DNA of 64,000 bases from the human T2T-CHM13v2.0 reference genome, Homo sapiens: assembly GCF_009914755.1 (NCBI RefSeq), contig NC_060934.1; one strand, 5' to 3'. Position numbers and translations under genes: made by a program. Shown in pieces: positions 26,241 to 39,888 of this stretch. How positions within the stretch are numbered: position 1 is the first letter of the stretch; every line of letters begins with the position of its first letter. Below the pieces are notes generated by a model that was not told the DNA's origin, ran no database searches, and saw only the letters and a program-made list of their open reading frames with translations.

Positions 26241-26946
26241 TGTTAGCATTTAAAATAATACAACTGCAATTTTTTTTCATTTTCATAGTCATATCTTTGT
26301 GGCTACTAGGTGCTTATTAAGCATTGCTTTCATGACTTGCTCAATTCAGAACTAAGCATCTGAAAGAACATACATTCTCTATTTTTTGTTGAATTGAACA
26401 ACGTGCTTATTATGTGTGCATATTGGGAAAAGGCACATATGCTACAAAATGGGGAAAAACAATATCCATCATTATTTCTAGCATATCAATTTTCTATAAG
26501 TTCTCTGAAATACAGGTGACACCATAAACAAGGCCCAATAAAGTTGTTGACTAAATGACTACTATAAATAAATGACCATTATCAATTTCCCATGTATCAT
26601 TCACACAGGTGATGATAATGGTGTCATCATTAACTATTCCATACATGCTCTGATATGATAACACAAAAATTGGTATATACCATGTTCAGTCTCTGGTCAA
26701 AAACATTGTGAATATATTAAGCATGCTTCAGTGAGGGTTTGTTAAAATGATGACAAAGACAGAATAATGAGTGAATTTTACCATTTCCAAGGGAATTTTC
26801 TGCAACGGTAGGATTTTTGTTTCTCTCAATATCCCATCTGATTGATCACAATGTCTAAGTGAAGTAACAGACAGGACTTCGTCATTTCTGGCTGCTCACA
26901 CATAAGTATACTCCCACAACTGGAGTTCCTATATTTATCTCCTTAC

Positions 26947-26979
26947 TTGGTTTTCAGAATTGTTGAGCTCCTCCTTTTC
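26947..26979 (-). CDS. Candidate 33-nt exon (EKEELNNSENQ in phase 0, or KRRSSTILKT in phase 2)
   Basis: catttcatgcataatcag| acceptor (weak polypyrimidine tract, UGC motif); CAA|gtaagg donor; length is a multiple of 3. Confidence 0.3.
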
Positions 26980-28059
26980 CTGATTATGCATGAAATGTTC
27001 TTAGTCTTTCTTTTTCATAAGACACTAAGCCTTACAATATTCTGATTATCTGATTCTGATTAAAAATATTTTTTACATCACTTTTTTCCTGTTACCAATT
27101 TTGAGTTGGTTTTATATGTTTCATTTATTTCTGGTGATTAAATTCTTGTAGAAATAGTCATTAGATATAACAGTTCACTAGTAATTGAGTCTGTGGAGGT
27201 ATTTCCAGTATATATATTTAAAATAATTATGACCTTCAAGGACAATCATACTCCTTACCCTTGAAAATGACATGGTCAGTGATACTGGAATGCCAGAGAA
27301 CTGTGAATAGAAGGTGTAAAATGAGAGAATAAGCACTGGGGAAAACTGGGATATGGATAAGCACATGCCATCATTTGGAAAAGGCTGCAGGTACATTTGG
27401 ACAAAGCAGCTAGGTTTCTGGGCTTGACCTCCCAGATCCTGCTGTCAGACATGAAGCCTTCAGTTATGCTTGTAAGAGCCATCTCTCCGGTTGCCAACTC
27501 CAATCTTTTACAAAAAGCTGAAGCACTTCTACTTTCTATATGAATAATGGTTTTAATTTAAATGTCTTTCTTTCCTACTCTTGCCAAGATTTTGTTCATA
27601 TTATCATTTTCTTTTGGGGAAATGGCAAAAAATAACTTATACTCTTTAAAGAGGTATATTGGGTATTGGAAATCTTTGACACTTTTCTGGGATTCACTGA
27701 TGGCCTGCAGGACTCTAGATGAAAAATTTAAGTAGTACTTTTGTCTTATAATAACTAGGTATCACATATTGCATAAATTCCTACATGGAAATAAAGGCCA
27801 AAATGCCCTGATATTGATGGTTTCTACTTCATTATTTTTCACACCTTGTGGGTGTGCACAAGTATGTTTGTGTGTACTGATTTGTGTCTATTTCATTATT
27901 GGAATAAGATAGATAAATATTTTAAATATATGACAAATTCATCAATGTTTATGGTACACCTGTCAGCAAGAGTCTGAAAAGGAGTTGAAACTGCTGTGGG
28001 GGAAATGACTGGTTATGACTAAAACCTCTTTCAGGGTAGAGAAAACATCCAATTTCACA

Positions 28060-29240
28060 TTCACAGTTTTAATTAGTATCTATTCAAATCTCACTAAATA
28101 ATTCTATCAGTCTCTCTTGGAGCTGCTGATCCAAATCCAAATGTCTTTTTATATTTCACCCTAATTTTAGAAAAGTCACTAAAAAACAACATGGTCTTCA
28201 CTCTTCACATCTGTTCCATAAATCAGTAAATGGCATCATCATCTACCTATGTGAGCAAAACTAAGGATTCATCTGTGACAACTCCTTTTCCTTCAGGTTC
28301 TTATATCCAACCCAAATATCTCTCATATCTATGTTCATTTTTCCTTTGCACCAGAACCTCCCTACAAATATTAGTTATTACCTATACAAATCATCTCCTT
28401 CTAGCTATTCTTCTTCTCCTTGCAGCCAATCAGACCCTTCTCCACTCTGTTTCTATTCTGCAGTGACTCTGATACTTTTAACACAAATCTGGTCTTGCTC
28501 CCTTTCTTAAAAATAAGGACAAAAGGACTTGACATGGCTACAAGGCCAGGCATGATCTGGTTTTTACCCACCCCTCCCACCCTAACCTACACCATTTTTT
28601 TCCTCACTTGTTCTCAATGAGGCACAATATTGCCTCCTTCCAGAGGACATTTTGCAATGTTGCAGCTTTTTTAAATTGTATCAACTCTGGGTTGGGTATT
28701 TGCCTTTAGCATCTAGTGAGCAGAGGTCAGGGATGCTGCTAAACATCCTACAATACACAGGAACACCCCCCACACCCACCTCCAATTAGCAGCTGAGATT
28801 CTGCTTCATGGAGAATTTGGTGTACAACATTGAGTTTCTTTCAGTTTCTTATGCCACCATGCACCCCCCGCTCGGGTATCGCGACAGACTTTTATACATG
28901 CTCATCTCTGGGTCTGAAATGTTCTTTCCTCATTTACTGGGTTAGCATGTACTCATCTTTTAGAACACAGTTTAAACCACCAATTCCTCAGTGATCCTCT
29001 TCTACCCTCTTGACCAAATGAACATCTCTCCATCCCACGCCACCCCCTTTTAAGCTCTTATAATACTACATAGTAATTCATTTTTAGTGTTTCTCTTATG
29101 CAATTTTACTTTCACTGAAATAATATTTGGGAAGTGTCTGTCTCCACTTCTACATCATAATCTATTTCTGTTCATCATTGTATCCTAGTGCTTAATCTGA
29201 CGCTCAACACACAATAGGCACGAAATAAAGACAAGTGGGA
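28060..29240 (+). mobile_element. L2 3' region with nested MER20
   Basis: atcagtaaatggcatcatcatc; gacatggctacaaggcc; ttcatcattgtatcctagtgct. Confidence 0.7.
28608..28795 (+). mobile_element. MER20 (hAT-Charlie)
   Basis: gcatctagtgagcagaggtcagggatgctgctaaacatcctacaatacacagg. Confidence 0.85.
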
Positions 29241-29454
29241 AGAATGGAGAGAGGACGGGATTGCATGACTCACAGGGATTTCTCAGAAATGGTGGTTAGA
29301 GAAAAAAGCCATAATATGCTTTTCATCTTTGTTAAAAGTGTAAACTCAACAATGAGAATTACTCCTTAATATTTCTACTTTTTATTAAGCTGGTCATAAT
29401 AAAAACTCCTTGTGTTCCATCTTCTAAGCAAAACACAGCAGGAAGATTTTGGGT

Positions 29455-29640
29455 TTTGTAGTCAGATTATTCAGGTTTTGAATTTGGAGATAGAAACGTG
29501 AGCGAATTTCATAACTTTTTGAGTCTTGGTTTTCTTATCTGTAAAACAGTAACCTACCTCATGGCACTGTTGTCATAATTGAATTGCCTACAAAGCACTT
29601 GATTCATAATAGTTGTACAATAAATACTTTAGTAGCTATT
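29455..29640 (+). mobile_element. MIR
   Basis: tttcttatctgtaaaa...acctacctcatggcactgttg...aaagcactt. Confidence 0.7.
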
Positions 29641-29909
29641 ATTCCACTGATACCAAAGCTAAACGAGTAAGAAAATTTGTCTCTGTATCTTGCAATGTAT
29701 GGTTATTGCAGAAGGTGTTGCAACACAGGTATCAAGAGTTCACAGCTACACCATTGCTATTGTTTTATCATGACTTTTTTGTACTTTTATCATTTTGGAA
29801 TCTACAGCTTTATGTCCTAGCCTATTTGCAAAGCTAAATGGATATTAGTTTATGAATTCATTATTCCAAAAACTTCATTATATTCTCGGTCTTGATCTGT
29901 AATGGAGTG

Positions 29910-30290
29910 TGGTATGAACTGAATGTGTCCTCCAAAATTCATACGTTGAAGTCTAATCCCTAATGTGATAGTATTTGGAGGTGGGGCCTTTGAAAGGGCA
30001 TGAGGTTGGAGCCCTCATAAATAGGATTCATGCGTCTATAAAAAAAGAAATGAGAGAGCTTGCCTGCTCTCTCTCTCTCTCCCTCTCTCTCTGACTCTCT
30101 TTTCTCAGCCATGTGAGAAACTAGCAAGAGCACAGCCATTTGTAAACCAGTAAGTGGACCCTCTTGAGACATTGGATCTACCAACACCTTGATCTTAAAC
30201 TTCCCAGCCTGTAGAACTGTGGGAAATAAATTTTTGTTGTTTAAGCCAGCCAGCCTAAGGTAATTTGTTACAACAGCCCAAACTAAGACA
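29910..30290 (+). mobile_element. MLT1A-like MaLR solo LTR
   Basis: aactgaatgtgtcctccaaaattcatacgttgaa ... aaataaatttttgttgtttaagcc ... actaagaca. Confidence 0.85.
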
Positions 30291-30569
30291 AGGTGACTCT
30301 TTAAAAAAATAAAAATAAAAACTTTAAACTCAAGAAAAAGAAAATACCAGTAACATCACTACAAGTTAAACATTAACAAGTTATAAAACAGAGTTTTACA
30401 GGAATTTTATCTTTTTATCTAAAATCAAGAGGAGTAGAATCCTGAAATTTATCAATGTACTTCATCTTTAAAATTCTTTTTGTTCCTTTGACATACAATG
30501 CACAAATGTACTGAGAGGGCAAGACAATGGGCAAACATACTGGAAAAACTGTATTTGTGAATTTGTTAC

Positions 30570-30750
30570 ATCTAACAATTATTATTAAATGTTTACCGTG
30601 TGCCAGACACTATACTTAGTACCTTACATATATTGTCTTAATTAATGCTCACAGGAAAGACATATCACAGGACTATTTCTCACATTTTTATCGGATACAT
30701 TAATAAACTTGCCCAACATCACTTGGCTAGTACACAATAAAACCAAGTTC
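30570..30750 (-). mobile_element. MIR
   Basis: gtttaccgtgtgccagacact...aacttgcccaacatcac. Confidence 0.6.
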
Positions 30751-31479
30751 TATGTAAAGTGATTGGGTAAGAAGGATCTAACCAGGGGAATAAAGGAGAA
30801 TTACAGTTTGCAAAGATGAGACCAGGGTTGGATGATACTCAGTATCACAAGAGAGGAAGTTAAAGGACTCTGATGAGAGGAGACATTCAAAACAGGAAGC
30901 AAGGAGATTGTGGACCTGGATGAACAGACTAAATAAGCAAAGGAAAATGCTGCAGGGCTTTAAAAACTTTACCTAATGGAAACTTTTGAGAAATCTTTAG
31001 CATGAGAGTGACCATAGGATTTATGAGAATAGGGATTTTTACACCCATTTTTTTGTTGTTTGCATGATCTTAAATTTCACATTATCCTACATGATTTGAA
31101 TTGCTCTATATTGTCAATAACCTTTAGTCAGGTTGGCAATATACATCGTGACGATGGTTTGTGAGGGGGAGATCAAAGATAAGGGATCGAGTACCACATA
31201 TGAGATGGCTCAGAGAAGAGAGAAGATAACAGGTGAGAGGTAACAGCTAAGTATGATTAGAAGTTCAATGAATAGAACTAGGAGTCAGAAATTACTATGA
31301 AAACCTAAGGCCTGGAGTTTTGTAAAAATTTATACACACGTGCATACATATTAGCAAAGACATAGGACATTGTGCATCTCACAGAATGTTGGTGCTAGAA
31401 CAGGTCAATTTTACTGAAATCTCATTGTTCAAGGAAAACTTCAGCTAACAGCTTGACTTTGTTTTCATATATAAGGTAA

Positions 31480-31660
31480 CTGACAAATTTCTCTTATTTA
31501 CATTCTCTTTAATCCTTATTTTAATCATATAAATGTAAACATTATTACCCTCATTTCAAAAAGAAGAAACTGAGCTCAGATAGGTTAAGCCAACTGGCTG
31601 ATGTTCACACACCTAAGCAGATAGCCCAGCTGAGATTTCTAACTCCCAAGTCCAGCTTTA
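31480..31660 (-). mobile_element. MIR
   Basis: attattaccctcattt...gaaactgagctcagataggttaag. Confidence 0.6.
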
Positions 31661-32457
31661 CTTTTCCAGCAGCACGTTTATCTCCTTTAAGTAATGTTAA
31701 GTCCTCCTCTATCCTTTACTCTTTGAGAGCCTATAATACAATCATGTGAGGAAAATTTTAAAAGAAAGCCACCAAAAGCACAAGCAATTTTACTATCCTC
31801 GATTACTCAATATTTAAGACTACATTAAGTGATGTCAGGTAGATAAGAGCCTTGCCCAGTGGTCTGAGCATAGAATATACTCAGTTTTATTTTTGTGGTT
31901 GTCATTGGATTATGCTAATATGTACAGATCAAAGGTAATTTTAGGATCTCTTTTAGTTTATTGATTGTAAAATAGTCTAATAACTATATTTATTATTTTA
32001 TAAAATAATACTTTTAAGTATATAAATATTTTGTTCTAAGAAGTTTGAAGCATTTCACTGGAAATATCTTTATACTATTTGTTCAATAAAACCAATTACA
32101 GTTCATCCTAACTCCAACATAGCATAACTCCTATTAATGATCACTTTTATTGCATTTCAGGAACATTAAAATAATTTTTCGTGAAAATATGTAATATAAG
32201 CCTGACCCACACATTTTAAGGGAGGATGGCTTCATGAATACATCATCAATTCCTATTGCTTTTTATGTGTCAGTGTAGAACTGTCACTGCCAAAGAACAG
32301 CAGGTGACCACATAGCACTCAACTTCCCTTAGTGTTCTATAGACTGTAGTATCTTTGTAATTGCAAAGTTAATAATTATATTAAATAATGCAGTATAGAA
32401 TAACCACTGCTTTTTTCTTTCAAATCTCTATCATTAGTAAATATCAGTCATACATAC

Positions 32458-32489
32458 ATTAGTCACCACAGCTGTTTCAGATTGGAGCA
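32458..32489 (-). CDS. Candidate 32-nt exon, phase 1-0 ((V)LQSETAVVTN)
   Basis: ttgatttgtttctctttttgtaaaacag| acceptor; AAT|gtatgt donor; a single open frame, compatible with the upstream 53-nt exon. Confidence 0.45.
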
Positions 32490-32615
32490 CTGTTTTACAA
32501 AAAGAGAAACAAATCAAATGAAATAGCCATTTCTCCTTTATTTTGCAAATTACAGAAGAATTAAAAGTAATTCTTTTTATCAAAGACTTCTTTTTCTCTA
32601 TGAATACAGGCATAC

Positions 32616-32668
32616 CAAATCCTGATTTGGTTTTCTTTGCTGAAAATATGCTGTCATTTTGCAATTCA
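32616..32668 (-). CDS. Candidate 53-nt exon, phase 2-1 (ELQNDSIFSAKKTKSGF)
   Basis: ctttttcttttaatctttttaag| acceptor; TTG|gtatgc donor; joins 32489 in frame. Confidence 0.45.
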
Positions 32669-32760
32669 CTTAAAAAGATTAAAAGAAAAAGTTGTTCCAT
32701 TACAGAAAAAAAGATTTTTTAAAGATATAATTACATAATCTCTTTGCTAGTTGTTTCATA

Positions 32761-33358
32761 TGAGAAAGAAAAATAAATCTTGGGGCCCCCAAAATCACTA
32801 AACCAAAGAGAAAAGTCAAGCTGGGAACCATGTTGGGCAAACCCTCCTCCGATTCTATTCCTACATAAGATAGTTACAAAGATAAAAGGTCTACATACCC
32901 CCCTCACAATTTGCCCACAAGGAAATTCCTTGTGGACAAAGGACAGACAGAACTAAGTCATCCCTCTGCTCAAATGAGACAAATGCACATCTGATTGCTT
33001 CCTTTGCCCTATTGTTTCACGAAGCCAGACTAAGACATAAGTGACTATTCCAATAAATTGTGTATTCAGTGAAAGGATAATCAGAAACTCAAAAGAATGT
33101 CTCTTATCTACCTATGACATGGAAGCCACCTCCCCACTTTGAGTTATCCCGCTTTTCCAGACCAAACCAATGTACATCTTATATATATTGATTGATGTCT
33201 CATGTCTCCCGAAAATGTATAAAACCAAGCTGTACCTCCACCACCTTGGGCACATGTTGTCAGGACCTCCTGAGGCTGTGTCAAGGGCACCTCCTTAACC
33301 TTGGCAAAACAAACTTTCTCCATTGACTGAGACCTGTCGCAGATATTTTGGGTTCACA
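32761..33358 (+). mobile_element. MER4A-type ERV1 solo LTR
   Basis: aaaataaatcttggggcccccaaaatcactaa ... caggacctcctgaggctgtgtc ... ttttgggttcaca. Confidence 0.9.
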
Positions 33359-33984
33359 ATACTCTCCTTTATAGGAATAATCGATACAGTTTTATGCGCT
33401 TATAATAAGGAAAAGACTTCGCCAAAAGTTGTCTACTTGGTGCTATGTTCATATTTCCAGAACTGAAAAGCAGAGTTAAATAATGAGCAAAGTCCTTATT
33501 GCTGTGCCTGTGACATACTACAGATCTTGCCTCTAGCCAGGACCCATAATGAGCAGATGTACAATGGCCAGACTACCAGGAAAGGCTTCAGTGTCATACA
33601 GGTTTCAGCAGGGCTATGGTCTAGATGGCTACTCTTCCCTGTTTACCTCATGGGCCCGCTTCATCCAGATTACAATTCTCTTCCCCTAGCTTCTCCAAGC
33701 CTCTCTGCAAATAGAAAGTGATGATGCCATTGGGATTTGATTGCCCCATTGCTTAACTACTGGTTGGCAAATAAGGAGTGCTAGATCATTTGTTAAGTGA
33801 GTCGACAAGTGAGTCACATGTGAATGCTGAGGTCTTCTCTTTCTGATTTTGAGGGGACTTGAAAAGCACTGACTCTTTCATTCTCAGTAACCTACTTATG
33901 CTATCATATCCTGACAAAGTTACCAAAAGTGCCTTTTCCTTGAAGGACATAAAAGGTGAGGAAGGGACAAGGAAGAGAACTAAC

Positions 33985-34200
33985 ATATAATACTGAGCTT
34001 GAATTATTTGAGCTAGGCAATTTATGGATGCTAATTATTCGACGTTTACAATAAATTAGTGGGGGAAGGGTTATTTGTATTTTATTTTTTCAAGTGAAAG
34101 AAATGAGTTGCTCTTCAGTTAAGGCACTTGCTCAAGTCATAAAGCTAGTAAAAGTCAGAAATAGCATTAGAACCTATGTATCTTTGGCTATTTCCACTGG
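33985..34200 (-). mobile_element. MIR
   Basis: gttaaggcacttgctcaagtcataaagctagtaa. Confidence 0.55.
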
Positions 34201-34469
34201 GCAGCTCTGCCTTTCGTATGCATATACAGGAACGAAAAATACCATTCTACCTTCCTTCCCTTTGGGAAAATGCATTCCAAGTTTCAAATTACTAAGTCAT
34301 AAAACAATAATTGAAATATTTCACTTCCTTATACCAGGAGCTTCTTGGAGTAATGACATTGTAAAAAAGAAAGACACAATCTGTAAATATTTATTATCTA
34401 AAGCCAATAAAATTGACAGCACCTATAAAACAATCACTTCACCAATTTGTTGTTAGGTACTACTTGATC

Positions 34470-35600
34470 CAATGGAGATACTGAGTTTTTACTGTTCTAG
34501 CACCATTTTACGTTCTGGGAATACAAAGGATACATAAGAGATGGAGAGATATAAGTAAAATGTGTAGGTAACAATGAGACAGATGCCAAGTAATAGCTAA
34601 TTTATATAAAATGATGTGGGAACTGAGAGATGAGGGCCATGGGGCTCAAGAAGAGAGGCCATTAGCAATGTCAGGGAAGCTGCACTTAGAAGTAATACGT
34701 GAGACGGATCTTAATTAATATTCCATAAAGGGAAGGATAGGGGAAATATAATTAAACAGACTTTTACCGAACATCAAATGAAGTAGGGAAAACCTGAGGC
34801 AGAGGGTGAGGAAAACTCACAGCAGGTTGAAGGATGGCAGGTTGCCTGCTGCAGCTAGCATGGAGTCGCGCCTGAGGTTGCTGCAATTCATTCTCCAGAT
34901 CTCTGTTTTAGCGACATAAACTCAGGAAAGTTTTTCAGAGCCCCAAGAATATGTCAGGTCTCTCAGGTATAGGCTTTCCGAGCTCTGAGCTCCTTCCTCT
35001 CATTGCACTGATCTCTCCTTGTGAATAAACATTTTCATTATTTGATTGTTTGCTCCCTCTCCCACATGGGCAGAAAACATTAGGAGAAAAGGAGATCTAT
35101 CTGGTGTTGCTTTTCATTATATCCCAGCACCTAGTATTGTATCTGACATATTAGCAGCCACTGAAAAGAAAAAAAGGAAATGAGGTAAATAAATGTTGAA
35201 AGAAATCCTGAGGTCAGGACGAGTAGGTTGAAACCAGAACGCTAACGGATTCATAGACATTGTTCTGTGGAGAGTGGGAAACACTAAATTTTATTTATTG
35301 ACTTTCAGTGGGAGGAAAACATAATCGGGGCTGTTTTTAAAAGTTAGCTTTGGCTGCAATGTGGAGGACTGGTAACTAAGAGTAGAGCCTGCAGGCATTA
35401 AATGAATGTTTCAGTATTCTCTCCAAGAGATAATGAAGTCCCAAAATGGAACAGTGATAGGACTTGGAGAAATGAAGAAAGACACGAGTTGCACATATTC
35501 AAATGCCCAGGATTTGGTGACTGATGGGGGAGTGGCAAAGAGAGGAATCAGGGATGATTATCACTAGTGTCCTAGATCATGACAATAAATATAAAACTGC
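34470..35600 (-). mobile_element. L2 fragments
   Basis: ctttggctgcaatgtggagga; ggatttggtgactgatgg; gaggaatcagggatga. Confidence 0.55.
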
Positions 35601-36126
35601 TTGAAATTTAAAGAAGAGAAACTGGTTCTTCTCAACAGGAACATTTTGATGATAAGTCTGTGCCCAGATTGAAATGCAGCTTAGCTTACATAATTGAAAT
35701 AATCACGTCTGAAGTATTCAAACAATTCAAAATCAAACGCAAAAGCAATTTTCATGAATTGAGTGGGCGTATTTATTTTTGAGTTGAATGAAAATGTTTT
35801 TGACTAGTTGACACATGGTAAGAAAAATAATAACAGAACCAAGTATATGCAGTACAATGTGAATCTCCTTCCCATCGCTGTCTCCTTGTCCTCTTCATGC
35901 TCCAAGAGGCAACCCCTGCTACTAGGTTCCTGTGACTCCTGAGTAGGAGTCTGGCTAATCATCCAAAAATGTCAAAAGAGAAACCAAGGTGAATTTCTTT
36001 CCCAAGCTGAGATTTGAAATAAACTGCTAGAAGTTGTCACTGAATGTGGATATTAGCAAATAACTTTAAGCTACAGAAACATCACAGATTTCTGCTTTAC
36101 TACTTTTCTGAATTTGTAAAACACAA

Positions 36127-36380
36127 AGAGAGGGAGAGAAAAAGAGAGGTGGAGAGGTGGGAGGGAGTGGGCTAGGGTGAGGGCAAGAGCAGGGAGCGGG
36201 GAGAAGAGGATGGTAGGGGGAGGGGGAGAGAGAGGAAGTGGGAGAAAAGGGACAAAGGGAAGGGGAGGGGGTAGGGAGAAAGAGGGATGGGAGGGGAAGG
36301 AGAAAGAAGGAAGGAAGGAAGGGAGGGAGGGAGGGAGGAGGAGGGGAAGGGGGAGGGAGGGAGGGAGGAGTGGGGAGGGG
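36127..36380. repeat. G/A-rich low-complexity tract (G4/triplex potential)
   Basis: ~250 bp almost purely purine with many GGG runs; explains ORFs 36066..36410 and 36177..36464. Confidence 0.9.
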
Positions 36381-36622
36381 TTTAGGTGGCTTTTGAAGTC
36401 TAAAGTTCATTTTTCAATATCACTATCACTCAATATTATGAACAGGGAACTCACAGGCAGTTGACAGACACAGGCAAGGAATCATATGATTAGACTAATC
36501 AGTGGAAGGTGCAATGACAGAGGATGGCATGGGAGCCTATGGAGAAAGAGATGATGTTTCTGTATATTATACATTCTCCAGAAACTAAGAGCTCCAATAG
36601 TCTATCGAGACTTCATTTCCCT

Positions 36623-36928
36623 GGCCTGGCGAGGTGGATCACAGATGTAATTCCAGCAATTTGGGGGCCAAGGCAGGAGAATTGCTTGAGCCCAGGAGTT
36701 TAAGACCAGCCTGGGCAACATAGTGAGACCCTGTCTCTGTGAAAAATAAGATAATTAGCTGGGCATGGTGGTACATGCCTGTAGTCCTAGCTATTCAGGA
36801 GGCTGAGGCAGGAGGATCATTTAAGCCCAGGAAGTAGAGACTGCGGTGAATCATTATTGCATCTCTGCACTCTAGCCTGCGTGACAGAGCAAGTCTCTGT
36901 CTCGGGGAAAAAATAAAATAAAAATAAA
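36623..36928 (+). mobile_element. AluJ (Jo/Jr)
   Basis: ttgcttgagcccaggagtt; gcaggaggatc; TSD ttcatttccct. Confidence 0.88.
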
Positions 36929-37859
36929 CGAGAGAGAGAGAGGAAAATTTCATTTCCCTTAACAGCGAAGGGCTTCACTAAAAACAAATTTATCATCCTG
37001 CCATTTTACTAAGATATTGTTTTCACACATCCCCCTTTCAGGTCATTGCCACTCAACCATGTTCAATCTTTACCCTCCTCATCTCTGAGCTGGCATCCAT
37101 CCATCTTGGTTGATGATTTTTTCCAGCTCAGAGACTCAGTGCCCCAGCACAGCAGTTCTCCAAGTTACAATAATAAACTTCATTTGCTCTTCTGACTACT
37201 CTGGGTCCTGAAAATGTTATAACTGACACAGTTGCAGAGCCATCCATTGGAACAACTACACTAAAATATAGAGATTGTGTTCAAACATGTATACTTCACA
37301 TTTACAGTAATTACTATGGCTTTACTTTCATTTGCTTCTCTCAGTTTTCCTTCATCTTGCAACAAGACAATCAAGAAAAAGCAGGTAGTAGGTAGCTTCT
37401 AACAGAAGAACAGACAAAAGAGAGCATAAAGAAGATATTAGCCAAGAAGTGATGCTTGACATTTTTTTCAAATAGAAATCTATTAAGGACCTTAAAAAAT
37501 CATCTATTATAGCCAAACTGGTGCCTAACTGAAGTAGTAGCTGAGAGTGCTTCATTGAAAATCAATTAGAGTCCAACCTGATTGTAGACAGTGTCCCTTC
37601 AACAAAACTGACAAGCATTCTATCTCTACTTTGATAACATTTGTATCCAAAATGAGAAAACACTAGAGAAATATGAAAATAAGGCAATTTCAATGTATGA
37701 GTTATATCCCTTAAGTTCATGGATGACATTAACTAAGTTCTGACACCAATACCCCTAGGGTGTCTTTATTTCACTCCCCCTTCTGGAAATGATTGAATAA
37801 TTTATAAAGGATATATCTTGGGGGTGGCCACTTCTACTTCCTGAGCTGCATACAGAACA

Positions 37860-38020
37860 TAACATTTTTAGAGCTCAGAATTGGGTTCACCACCTTCCAT
37901 TGCACAGTTAAAGAGACTGCAGTCCAAGAAGGGTAAGGGGTTTGCCTGCTGTCACAAAGCTAGGGAGCAATAGAACCAAAGTTCAAATCCAGCAATGCTG
38001 GCTGCAACTCTGGTATCTTC
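37860..38020 (-). mobile_element. MIR
   Basis: gagactgcagtccaagaagggtaagggg..tgcc..gtcacaaagctag. Confidence 0.5.
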
Positions 38021-38034
38021 TTTGCATTCTTCTG

Positions 38035-38527
38035 CTTGTACCAAATCAGATGTTAGCAGAAACGCATGGAATACTAGGAATAGTAAACAAAGAGAAACTG
38101 ATAACAGGACAATTTACATACATGGGGCAGAATGACAAAGGAAACCAACCTGGGAAGCGAAGTCTGCCAGGGCTGGCAGCAGAGAAAGCCTTTGCTTCCT
38201 ATCTCTACATCCTAAAGGAATGAGGAGGAGGAAGAGAGAAGTAACTGAAATCCAGAAAGTACTCTGACTATAGCAAAGGATCTGCAGGAGCTGTGGCCTT
38301 GGAAAGGAACATGCCCTCTGATAAACTGTGGCTTTGTCAGGAAGAAGCTAGAGAATAAAAGCTAGACATCATTTTGCTCCTGGCCTCTAATCACCTCCTA
38401 GTGCCTCTCATTAGCCTTGCCCAACCAGAAGCCAGAGAACAAAGGAGGCTGCCCCATCGATGTTCTCCTAGGACCATAGGAGGAGAGAAAGGGGATGTGG
38501 AGGGACAAATGGAAAATATTCAGCCAA
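38035..38527 (-). mobile_element. LTR33-like ERVL LTR
   Basis: cccaaccagaagccagag..aggaggc ... ggagggacaaatggaaaatattcagc. Confidence 0.7.
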
Positions 38528-39500
38528 TATTTCTTAGCTGCGCCAGCCTTTTGCTTTGCAATTTAGTCTTCCTTACCCTCCTCTATTTTCTTTCATTGGG
38601 ACAAACATTATCAAGGTTAATAAGAGATAATGGCCCATGTAAAAAGAGTATTGTATTCTTTTATGGACTTTATCTAAAATTTACTCAAATATAACAGAAT
38701 CCTGTAGATGAAGCATAATATGCAACAGATATACTTTGCAATATTTAAAAATGATTAATCTCAAAAGTAATCATCTCAGTACTATGACTCATTAGCTGGA
38801 AGAAAACAGTAATAACATGTTTTGTGCACAGAACAATTTTAATTAATAAGCAGGACATATTTATTCAAAAATTATAATAAGACATTATTATTCTCAGAAC
38901 ATGAACTTTGATGGTAGGTGTTAGCATCCTGTTGGGTCCCAGAGAATGCACTTCTGGATATTAAACATGATGGCTTTGAGACCTCAAATATATCAGCTTG
39001 TACAGTCAGCTATTATCTACACTGACAATTGTTTATGGCTACAAATCACCCACGCTTGATGTGATATCTGAAAGTACCTCAGTAAGATATTATGAGCAAT
39101 ATCAGGAGTGGGTGGTGTAAAAGTCATTTCAGTAATAAAACAGTATTCAAAGAGTTGATTCAAAAGGCAGAGCCATTACTAATAAAAATAATATAGGTAG
39201 ATATTTGTTAAATGTTTTCTTTCTTTTGAAGGGCAATACTATGAAAGGAGAGTGAGCATAGGGAAGTTGTCTGCAACCTCTGAGCCACACACCTTTCTTT
39301 GGTCTACCACATATCTGTGCAGCCATTAAGAATGACTCTCATCTCTTGCCTTTCCAAAATGAGGTGTAAGAGAAGTCATTCTGGTATAGACAGGAGATAT
39401 GTTACCAAAACAGTCCAATGGACCCTTTTAGGGATACTTCAGTTAGAAGTTTTAGCTCTGTGTGGGTTCAGTGTCTCTCCACATTACCCCTGAGACCTAA

Positions 39501-39888
<388 letters not shown>

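Noticed and set aside
26605-26655. C/D-box snoRNA (GTGATGA...CTGA)
   Set aside because: The boxes are only ~45 nt apart and there is no terminal stem.
27276-27503. 75-aa minus-strand ORF in unique DNA
   Set aside because: Non-ATG start, no convincing splice sites and no recognisable protein similarity.
36066-36464. Pro-rich and Gly/Arg/Glu-rich ORFs
   Set aside because: Artefacts of the GA-rich low-complexity tract.
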